In this document: in pieces, positions 55,151-61,972 of the stretch | Layout of the letters: the number at the start of each line of letters is the position of its first letter | How positions within the stretch are numbered: the stretch's first letter is position 1 | Assembly: GCA_021200975.1 (NCBI GenBank) | Contig: JAJQFT010000108.1 | Location: forward strand, 186-64,185 | Length of the DNA stretch: 64,000 nt | Direction of reading: 5' to 3' | Source: Bacillota bacterium | GTDB taxonomy: Bacteria > Bacillota > Clostridia > Oscillospirales > Oscillospiraceae | Position numbers and translations under genes: made by a program | The notes under the pieces: generated by a model | Seen by the model: only the letters and a program-made list of their open reading frames with translations | Databases searched by the model: none | Told to the model about the DNA's origin: nothing

Positions 55151-57346
55151 ATGCAGAAAACATACATTGCCCATATCCGGGAGGCAACCGGAGAAATTCA
55201 GACCGTGAAGCAGCACAGCGAGAATACCGCCGCGCTATGCAGCGCTTATGGGATACCGGAAATGCAGGGGCTTCTGTACGCGATGGGGATGGCGCATGAC
55301 TTGGGAAAATATCAGAGCCCTTTCCAGCGCCGGATATTGGGCGCGGATGTCACCGTGGAGCATTCCACCTGCGGCGCGCAAGCCGTGCAGAAAGCCTATC
55401 CGTATCCGGCCAGCCTGATGATGGAATACTGCATTGCCGGGCATCATTCCGGGCTACCGGATGGGGGCTTCCCGAATGACACGGAGGATATGCGCACCCT
55501 GTCCGGCCGAATGAAGCGGCGCTTCGCGGACTACAGCGCCTATCAGGCTGAGCTTAGCCTCCCAAGTCTGGACTTCGGGCAATGGCGGCAGTTTGTCCTG
55601 AGGGACTGCGGGCTGGATGTGAGCCGCCTGATCGATCAATTCGCATTCCTGACCCGGTATGCCTATTCCTGCCTCGTGGACGCGGATTCTAAGGATACCG
55701 CGGACTTCTGCCGGGAGAGGGAAACGCCGAGGGTGCTCCATGCCAGCTTCCAAAACTGTCTGAAAAAGGTGGACGAGAGGCTCGCTTCCTTCCAATGCGC
55801 AACGGCGCTTCAGCGCGCAAGGGCGAGCCTACAGGCGCAGGCCTTCGCAAACGCCGGGAAGAGCGGCGAAATTTTCCTGATGAATATGCCCACGGGCAGC
55901 GGAAAGACCCTGACCAGCGTGGAAATCGCGCTGGAGCGGGCGATTGCCGGCGGGAAAAAGCGGATTATCTATGTCATTCCATACAACAGCATCATCGACC
56001 AGACGGCGGAGGTTTTCGAGCGGCTCTTTGGGGAGGATGTGGAGATTCTTCGGCACCAGTCCAGCTTTTCTTTTGAGGAATACAGCGATTGCGAGGATTA
56101 CCGTTACGCGGCGAAATGTGCGGCGGAGAATTGGCAGGCTCCCTTGATTCTTACCACGGCGGTACAGTTCTTTGAATCCGTCTACTCCAATAAGCGGGGA
56201 AAGCTGCGCAAGCTGCATAACATGGCGGACAGCATCCTGATTTTCGACGAGGCGCACCTGATGCCCCAGAATTTTTTGCAGCCCTGCCTGCAGAGCATCG
56301 CCTACATAACCAGATACCTTCATAGTGAGGCTATGTTCTTAACGGCGACCATGCCGGATTTTGCCAAGCTGCTTCGGGAGTATGCCCTGCCGGACAGCCG
56401 CATCGTCCATTTGATTGCGGATACCGGCGCATTTCCCGCCTTTCAAAAGTGCAGGTATCGCTATTTAGGCGAGGTGGAAAGCGGGCATCTTCTGGAAATG
56501 GCGAGAGAAAGCCCCTCCAGCCTGATTATTGTGAATACTAGGCGAGCGGCCAAGGCGCTGTATCAGGCTTGCCCGGGGAGAAAATACCACCTGTCCACCT
56601 ATATGACCCCTATTGACCGGCAGCGGGTGCTTCGGGAGATTCGCAAGGCGCTGACGGAACTGGAAGCGGATTTTCCAACGCTTCAGGATGTCCCGGAGAA
56701 GCGGAGAATCATCATCCTCTCCACCTCCCTTATCGAAGCCGGGGTGGATTTGGACGTTTTTACGGTGTTCCGGGAAACCGCCGGGCTGGACAGCATCCTT
56801 CAGGCGGGAGGAAGATGCAACCGGGAGGGCAAACGGGAAACGGCGGAAGCGTTGGTCTTTGACCTTTCGGATATCGGCTCGGGCACCGCAAAGGATGCCA
56901 AGGCGAACCTTACGAAGGGGATGCTGGAGAAATACGCGGATATTTCCTGCCCGGAATGTATCCGGGAATATTACGACCGGTTGTTCTTTATGAATGCGGA
57001 CGCCTTTCAAAAGCATACCATTCATGCCCAATGCGGCGATATTCGCTCCATCCCATTTGCGTCCTATGCGCAGGAATTTGCGCTGATTGACAGCAAAACG
57101 GTGTCGCTGGTGATTCCGCAGGACGAAAAAAGCGAGGCCCTGATTGCCGCGCTTCAGGCGGGGCAGGCCGTTCATACCCGGCAGCTTCAGGCCTATTCCG
57201 CGACGCTGTATCAAAGGGAGCTGGACGATTTGCTCCGGCAGGGGGCGGCCAGCGATTACGGCAGCGGCGTATTCTGTCTGACCAATCCAGATTATTATGA
57301 CGAAAACTTAGGGGTTCAGTTTGACGCGCGGGACTATTTTCTATAA
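55151..57346 (+). CDS. cas3: CRISPR-associated nuclease/helicase Cas3 (HD domain fused to DEAH helicase)
   Basis: HD motifs MAHDLGKY and IAGHHSGLPDG. Helicase motifs MPTGSGKT, IFDEAHLM, LTATMP, STSLIEAGVDLD and QAGGRCNREG. Confidence 0.9.
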   Translation: MQKTYIAHIREATGEIQTVKQHSENTAALCSAYGIPEMQGLLYAMGMAHDLGKYQSPFQRRILGADVTVEHSTCGAQAVQKAYPYPASLMMEYCIAGHHSGLPDGGFPNDTEDMRTLSGRMKRRFADYSAYQAELSLPSLDFGQWRQFVLRDCGLDVSRLIDQFAFLTRYAYSCLVDADSKDTADFCRERETPRVLHASFQNCLKKVDERLASFQCATALQRARASLQAQAFANAGKSGEIFLMNMPTGSGKTLTSVEIALERAIAGGKKRIIYVIPYNSIIDQTAEVFERLFGEDVEILRHQSSFSFEEYSDCEDYRYAAKCAAENWQAPLILTTAVQFFESVYSNKRGKLRKLHNMADSILIFDEAHLMPQNFLQPCLQSIAYITRYLHSEAMFLTATMPDFAKLLREYALPDSRIVHLIADTGAFPAFQKCRYRYLGEVESGHLLEMARESPSSLIIVNTRRAAKALYQACPGRKYHLSTYMTPIDRQRVLREIRKALTELEADFPTLQDVPEKRRIIILSTSLIEAGVDLDVFTVFRETAGLDSILQAGGRCNREGKRETAEALVFDLSDIGSGTAKDAKANLTKGMLEKYADISCPECIREYYDRLFFMNADAFQKHTIHAQCGDIRSIPFASYAQEFALIDSKTVSLVIPQDEKSEALIAALQAGQAVHTRQLQAYSATLYQRELDDLLRQGAASDYGSGVFCLTNPDYYDENLGVQFDARDYFL

Positions 57347-57360
57347 AAGGAGTAAGAGCT

Positions 57361-57735
57361 ATGAAATTGCAAATCACCGAGCGCATTTATGCCCAACTGG
57401 TGGCTGAGCTGGATGCCTACACTGACGCGGACGCCTATGTTTCCGACATGGCTCTGCCGTCCATCTGGGGCGACGAGGAGGGTAACCCGGACATCCCTGC
57501 GGAGAGAATCGCCGCCTTGCAACGGTATTGGGAAATTGCGAATATGCCCGTGCGGGAAACTGCCAAAGCTGCCGGGCTATCGTTCCGGCGTCTGGCGATG
57601 CGATTTGGCATCCCGCAGCGCACGATAACCAATTGGACGCTACCGGAAACATCCAGCAACTACCATCTGTGCCCACTGTATACAAAACTGATGATGGCCG
57701 AGTGCCTCGGGCTGCTGCCGTTTGAAATCGTGTAA
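57361..57735 (+). CDS. Small HTH-containing protein of unknown function, translationally adjacent to cas3
   Basis: AAAGGAG RBS. Candidate HTH VRETAKAAGLSFRRLAMRFGIPQRTITNW. The N-terminal half is acidic. Confidence 0.6.
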   Translation: MKLQITERIYAQLVAELDAYTDADAYVSDMALPSIWGDEEGNPDIPAERIAALQRYWEIANMPVRETAKAAGLSFRRLAMRFGIPQRTITNWTLPETSSNYHLCPLYTKLMMAECLGLLPFEIV

Positions 57736-57951
57736 GAGAGCTGGAAGCCCCTACGGCATCCCCGTGGAAAAGTAAGATTCCCCCATGCGATTGCAGGGGG
57801 GATTTCATTGCCATTTTAAAATTTGCAACAATGTGCAAAATATGAAACGTTTGCCCGGAAATTTTACGCCCAGAAAGGTGCAAGTTTCCAGAAAATCCGC
57901 ATAAAGCAAAGAAAAATCGCCCGAAAATTGTTTTCGAGCGATTTTTTCACA

Positions 57952-58028
57952 TGGTCCGGGTTGCGGGACTTGAACCCACGGTCTCTTGGTCCCAAACCAA
58001 GCGCGATACCAAACTTCGCTAAACCCGG
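57952..58028 (-). tRNA. tRNA-Pro (UGG)
   Basis: Reverse strand: acceptor CCGGGTT/AACCCGG, anticodon loop TTTGGGA, T-loop TTCAAGT, CCA encoded. Own promoter TTGCAT, 17 nt, TATAAT at 58069-58041. Confidence 0.8.
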
Positions 58029-58112
58029 CTGCCAAGGCTCATTATACACGAGAAAGAGCAAAAATGCAACCATAATTTTCCCCCTTCCGCGCGCAGCTAT
58101 GGACTGCAGGGA

Positions 58113-58148
58113 GCAAAAATTCCGGCCTGCCGGGGTTCGGCAGGCCGG
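58113..58148 (-). terminator. Rho-independent terminator after the Q/N-rich ORF
   Basis: Reverse strand: CCGGCCTGCCG-AACCC-CGGCAGGCCGG followed by AATTTTTG. Confidence 0.75.
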
Positions 58149-58155
58149 AGCTGGT

Positions 58156-58338
58156 TCAGCGGCTGTTCTTGCTCTGGGACTGAGACTGGTTCTGCTGATT
58201 CTGGCTCTGGGAGTGAGAAGAGCTCTGCTGCTGGTTCTGCTGCTGATTCTGGCTCTGATTGCGGCTCTGATTCTGGCTCTGGCTCTGATTCTGGCTCTGG
58301 TTCTGGTTGCGATTCTGATTCTGGTTCTGATTGCTCAT
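58156..58338 (-). CDS. 60-aa Gln/Asn/Ser-rich low-complexity microprotein
   Basis: MSNQNQNQNRNQNQSQNQSQSQNQSRNQSQNQQQNQQQSSSHSQSQNQQNQSQSQSKNSR. GGAGG sits 8 nt before the ATG and a terminator follows. Same strand as spoVAE and 57 nt downstream of it. Confidence 0.6.
   Translation of the reverse strand: MSNQNQNQNRNQNQSQNQSQSQNQSRNQSQNQQQNQQQSSSHSQSQNQQNQSQSQSKNSR
58160..58335. repeat. Imperfect hexanucleotide tandem repeat (CTGNNT)n
   Basis: CTGATT/CTGGCT/CTGGTT/CTGCTG units run through nearly the whole microprotein ORF. Confidence 0.8.
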
Positions 58339-58395
58339 TTCCAAATCCTCCAAATTTTGATTGCGGTGTTCCGCAAGCCTAGGTTGCCCCAATTT

Positions 58396-58752
58396 TCAGG
58401 ATTTATCCTTCGCCTTGAAGATTAGGCTCGCGAGCAGCCCCGCAAAAATCGCTGCCGTAATGCCGCCGGCGCAGGCCTTCAGGCCGCCTGTGAAAATTCC
58501 AAGGAAGCCGTCGCTCGCCACCGCCTCCTTCACGCCCTTAGCAAGGTTATAGCCAAAGCCCGTAAGCGGCACGGCCGCGCCTGCGCCCGCAAACTCTGCA
58601 AGCGGCTTATACAGCCCGACCGCACCGAGCAGCACGCCCACGACCACATACCCTGTGAGGATGCGCGCGGGCGTGAGCTTCGTCTTGTCAATAAGCACCT
58701 GCCCGATGACGCACAGCAGGCCGCCCACTACAAATGCCTTGAGATATTCCAT
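58396..58752 (-). CDS. spoVAE: Stage V sporulation protein AE (SpoVAE/SpoVAEB type)
   Basis: MEYLKAFVVGGLLCVIGQVLIDKTKLTPARILTGYVVVGVLLG...VPLTGFGYNLAKGV is the characteristic SpoVAE sequence. Start at 58752. Confidence 0.88.
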   Translation of the reverse strand: MEYLKAFVVGGLLCVIGQVLIDKTKLTPARILTGYVVVGVLLGAVGLYKPLAEFAGAGAAVPLTGFGYNLAKGVKEAVASDGFLGIFTGGLKACAGGITAAIFAGLLASLIFKAKDKS

Positions 58753-58753
58753 T

Positions 58754-59158
58754 TTATTCCCCTCCCACAATCGAAACGGCGTGGCAGACGCCGGGAATCG
58801 GCAGCCCCTGCTGCGTGGAGGTTGGCGAGAGCAATGCGCCGGTGCCGCATAGCAGGATTCGCCGGAGCTTACCGCGCTGCAATTCGGGCAGCAGCTTCGC
58901 GCAAAGTGTAATCGCGCTGCACCCACAGCCGGATCCCCCGGCATGCACGTCCTGCTTGGTATTGTCAAAGACGAGACAGCCGCAGTCCTCAAGCTTCCCG
59001 CCGAGGCTCAGGCCATCGCGGCGCGCCAGCTCCAGCAGCAGCTCCTTGCCAATCTGGCCGAGGTCTCCGGTAATAATCGCGTCATAGTCCTGCGCCGACA
59101 CACCAAGATCGGAAAAATGCGCACGGATGGTATCATATGCGGCAGGGGAAAATGTCAA
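58754..59158 (-). pseudogene. spoVAD: spoVAD, C-terminal about 135 codons only (5'-truncated)
   Basis: SPAAYDTIRAHFSDLG...YDAIITGDLG...HAGGSGCGCSA...GTGALLSPTSTQQG aligns from memory with residues about 200-338 of B. subtilis SpoVAD. An in-frame stop at 59189-59191 and a composition change lie immediately upstream. Confidence 0.75.
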
Positions 59159-59224
59159 GGGTGCACCATAAAATTCTTGAAAAATTCCCTATACCGCAAA
59201 TACACAGCATAGGGAATACCAGTA

Positions 59225-59322
59225 TGTAGCGTTACAATAGATGTGAGACCAAGGTATAGAAAAAGCGATTGAGTTTGTTAGAATAAAGTCACCACAACAA
59301 TCTCTAACGAAAGGACTCAATC
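59225..59322 (+). mobile_element. Copy A of a ~96-bp conserved element (candidate terminal sequence of an insertion element)
   Basis: TGTAGCGTTACAATAGATGTGAGA...CTAACGAAAGGACTCAA. About 69 percent identical, ungapped by eye, to 61568-61665. Followed by a 57-codon ORF (59326-59499) with an HTH-like segment. Confidence 0.45.
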
Positions 59323-59787
59323 GCCATGGATATTGAAGCACAAAAGAGCAAACAAAACAAGAGGTATTTGCCCCACACACTTGCGATACGGATCGGCGCG
59401 GTGAATTTGTACCGTCGCACCAGCAACCTAGGCTTAGTCCTGCGCCGGTATCACATCTCCAAAGGTGTCTTTCTCGAAGGCGATGTCAGCCGGGGATGAT
59501 GTGGCTCTGCTGGCTACTACGAGGGAATGCACGAAAAATGATGAGACATTTACGAAGAAGGGCTTTTATCAGTACAGCGCCGCATGGGATTCCAAGCACA
59601 ATGTGACGCTGGAGGATGGAAAGTCGGCACGGGTGCTGTATACCATGTAAGCAGATGCAGGATGGCGTCAAGAGGTGAGCTTGATAAAAATTTCACGGAT
59701 TGGACACGTCACTATCTTTCTTTTCTCATTCTAATATGGTACAATAATTGCTGTGTATGAGTTCAAATCAGAACTGCGGAGGTAACG

Positions 59788-60648
59788 ATGGTTATAAAAG
59801 AGATAAACACAAAAAGCATATTGTCTAAATCTAACCTTCCCGTATCCGATTATTCTGTCAATCCGTATGTGGGATGCTCTCATGCCTGCAAATACTGCTA
59901 TGCTTCCTTTATGAAGAGGTTTACGAATCATCCGGAACCGTGGGGAACTTTTGTCGATGTGAAGTATTGGGATACAATTAAAAACCCAAAGAATTACGCA
60001 GGAAAAGAATTGTTTATTGGTTCTATGACTGACCCCTATATGCCGATTGAAGAAGAATATAAAAGAACAAGGTCACTTTTAGAGGAGATGCAAGGAAGCG
60101 GATGCAGGATAAGCATTGCTACAAAATCCGATTTGGTTTTAAGAGATATGGACTTAATCGAATCTTTTCCTGATGCCAGAGTTTCATGGTCTATCAATAC
60201 ACTGGATGAGGATTTTAGAAGTGAAATGGATCATTCCGTATCTATTGAGAGAAAAATCAGGGCGATGCAGCAATTTCATGAAGCCGGAATCAGAACGACA
60301 TGTTTTATTTCTCCTATATTTCCGGGGATTACTGATGTTGAAAGCATCATATTGAGAACGAAGGATTATTGCAATTTAGTATGGCTTGAAAATCTGAACC
60401 TGCGTGGAGATTATAAAAAAGTCATATTGACCTATATCAAAGAAAAGCATCCCGATTTGTACCCTTTGTATGACGAAATCTATAATAATGGGAAAAAGGA
60501 CTACTGGGAAAAACTGAACGAAGAAATAGACGGTTTTTGCGCAGAACAGAGCCTGGAGTATTTGAGGAACGATGATTCGCAAAAAAGAGGAATAAATGAC
60601 CCACCGATTGTTGTGAATTATTTCTATCATGAAGAAATAACAAAGTGA
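59788..60648 (+). CDS. Radical SAM protein (SplB-like / COG1533 'DNA repair photolyase' family)
   Basis: CxxxCxxC cluster motif GCSHACKYCYA near the N-terminus. GGAGG RBS. AT-rich codon usage unlike the rest of the window. Confidence 0.82.
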   Translation: MVIKEINTKSILSKSNLPVSDYSVNPYVGCSHACKYCYASFMKRFTNHPEPWGTFVDVKYWDTIKNPKNYAGKELFIGSMTDPYMPIEEEYKRTRSLLEEMQGSGCRISIATKSDLVLRDMDLIESFPDARVSWSINTLDEDFRSEMDHSVSIERKIRAMQQFHEAGIRTTCFISPIFPGITDVESIILRTKDYCNLVWLENLNLRGDYKKVILTYIKEKHPDLYPLYDEIYNNGKKDYWEKLNEEIDGFCAEQSLEYLRNDDSQKRGINDPPIVVNYFYHEEITK

Positions 60649-60669
60649 GTTGCATAAGGAGGCTATTAA

Positions 60670-61296
60670 ATGGATTTCTACGAAACAGTGGAACGGCGGA
60701 GAACGGCGAGAGAATTCTTAGATAAAGAGGTTGATTTTGAAGCGATAAAAAGAATTCTGGAGGCGGGCAACAAGGCTCCGACCTGGAATCATAACCGCAA
60801 CTGGAGTTTTATTGTTTTGAGAACAGATGAAGAAAAAGAATTTGCTTTTGAAGAAGCAAAGAAAATAGCGGATAAATTTGACGCAGAGAAATACCTGAAT
60901 GTTCCAAGACCGTATCCTGTTACGCTGGGACAGAAAATGTATGCCCACGCAATGCCGAGGCAATTTACAATGCTAAAAGACGCTCCTTATGTCATAATCC
61001 CTGTATTTAAGTGTAAGGAACTAAATGGCGAGAGCGTTTCTAAATTAAATCCGTTTTCGACAATCTGGTGTGTTGTGGAGAATATATTTCTGGCAGCTAC
61101 AGCCGAAGGCTTATCCTGTTCTATGAGGATACCGCTGAATGACGAACACGATAAAGTGAAAGCACGCCTGAAAGTCCCGGCAACATATATGATACCTGTC
61201 TTTATCGGAATCGGCTATGCTGATCCAAACGAGAAGGAGTTGGAACAAAAATACCCTGATCTTGAAAAGCAAATTCATTTTGGAAGATGGAAATGA
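60670..61296 (+). CDS. Nitroreductase-family protein
   Basis: RRTAREFLDKEVDFEAIKRILEAGNKAPTWNHNRNWSFIVL is a typical nitroreductase N-terminus. AAGGAGG RBS. Confidence 0.82.
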   Translation: MDFYETVERRRTAREFLDKEVDFEAIKRILEAGNKAPTWNHNRNWSFIVLRTDEEKEFAFEEAKKIADKFDAEKYLNVPRPYPVTLGQKMYAHAMPRQFTMLKDAPYVIIPVFKCKELNGESVSKLNPFSTIWCVVENIFLAATAEGLSCSMRIPLNDEHDKVKARLKVPATYMIPVFIGIGYADPNEKELEQKYPDLEKQIHFGRWK

Positions 61297-61412
61297 TTGA
61301 ATAGTAATCTTTTAAAGAAGAAACTCTTTTTTCATTTGAATCTAACACATTAATATCTTAAGAGCGACTTTAACCAGCCGCTCTTTTTCATGCCCATTTG
61401 GAGGTGATTTCG

Positions 61413-61595
61413 ATGGATTTACTCAAGGGCAAAGAGATAATGACTTGGACATTCATGGGCAACACCCGTATGTACCAGGCGCTCCGTGATTACGGCGCCC
61501 GCATCAGCCAAATTGGGCTGTTCTCCTTTAAGGTCAATGCCAGCGGAGAAATATATGAATCCGGCATTGTAGCATTACAATATATGAGAGATTGA
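61413..61595 (+). pseudogene. N-terminal fragment of a gene (possibly GH18 YaaH/YdhD-like) that reads into repeat copy B and stops
   Basis: GGAGG RBS plus ATG at 61413. KEIMTWTFMGNTRMYQALRDYGARISQIGLFSFKVNASGEI resembles GH18 N-termini. Only about 60 codons remain before the element at 61568. Confidence 0.3.
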
Positions 61596-61665
61596 GGATT
61601 AGAGAAAACAATTGCTTTTATTGGGCGAAAGCCACCGCAATCAGACCTAACGAAAGGACACAACA
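61568..61665 (+). mobile_element. Copy B of the ~96-bp conserved element
   Basis: TGTAGCATTACAATATATGAGAGA...CTAACGAAAGGACACAA. See copy A. Confidence 0.45.
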
Positions 61666-61873
61666 GAAAACTTTTGTCGCATCGTCTTATGCTGGTAACC
61701 ACCCTTATAAGCCCATGTTCTTTTCTATTGATTAGCTGGGGAAAGCGGCGGTCACGTTTGATATGTTTCCCATACTTTCGATTATATTCCAAGAATTGAC
61801 TTCCACTCTCCCACACAAAAACCATCAGGCGCTATGGACAAACCATAACAGCAGAAATTCATTCATGTCGAAT

Positions 61874-61933
61874 AGTGAATATTCACTGAATTTTCACTTT
61901 TGACGTTGACAAAGCGAAAAAAGTGAGTATAAT
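61874..61933 (+). promoter_or_regulatory. Promoter with palindromic operator-like sites upstream of the AlbA_2-type gene
   Basis: 14-bp perfect palindrome AGTGAATATTCACT (61874-61887). TCACTTTT/AAAAGTGA inverted repeat brackets TTGACA (61906-61911). TATAAT at 61928-61933. Confidence 0.55.
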
Positions 61934-61972
61934 TATATTCGAAAGATTATCGCTATTGGGAGGATTGCCAAT

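Noticed and set aside
57842-57854. A fourth TGAAACGTT-type box (ATGAAACGTTTGC) near tRNA-Pro as part of the fructan regulon.
   Set aside because: It shares only the 9-nt core and is not next to a promoter of any sugar gene, so chance occurrence is plausible.
57823-58425. A plus-strand 200-aa ORF with a leucine-rich hydrophobic repeat (LALILALVLV…), opposite the Q/N-rich ORF.
   Set aside because: It runs straight through the tRNA-Pro gene, its promoter and a terminator, and it has no RBS. The hydrophobic repeat is just the complementary reading of the (CTGNNT)n array. The minus-strand ORF has both an RBS and a terminator.
59225-59322. The ~96-bp conserved element as a riboswitch, ribozyme or group II intron end.
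   Set aside because: The only long stem in copy A (GCGATTGAGT/ACTCAATCGC) is not preserved or compensated in copy B. There is no GUGYG 5' end or domain V-like sequence, and I recognise no known riboswitch core. A mobile-element terminus fits better, but this is unproven.
59465-59650. A 61-aa ORF (…YQYSAAWDSKHNVTLEDGKSARVLYTM) between repeat copy A and the radical SAM gene.
   Set aside because: It has a non-ATG start without an RBS and no recognisable family. It is probably the 3' remnant of a disrupted gene, and the evidence is insufficient for a feature.
61490-61825. A minus-strand 111-aa ORF (MVFVWESGSQFLEYNRKYGKHIKRDRR…) that might be a transposase fragment.
   Set aside because: It has no RBS, crosses repeat copy B, and I recognise no transposase motif. 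It may be a relic of something, but I cannot support a call.
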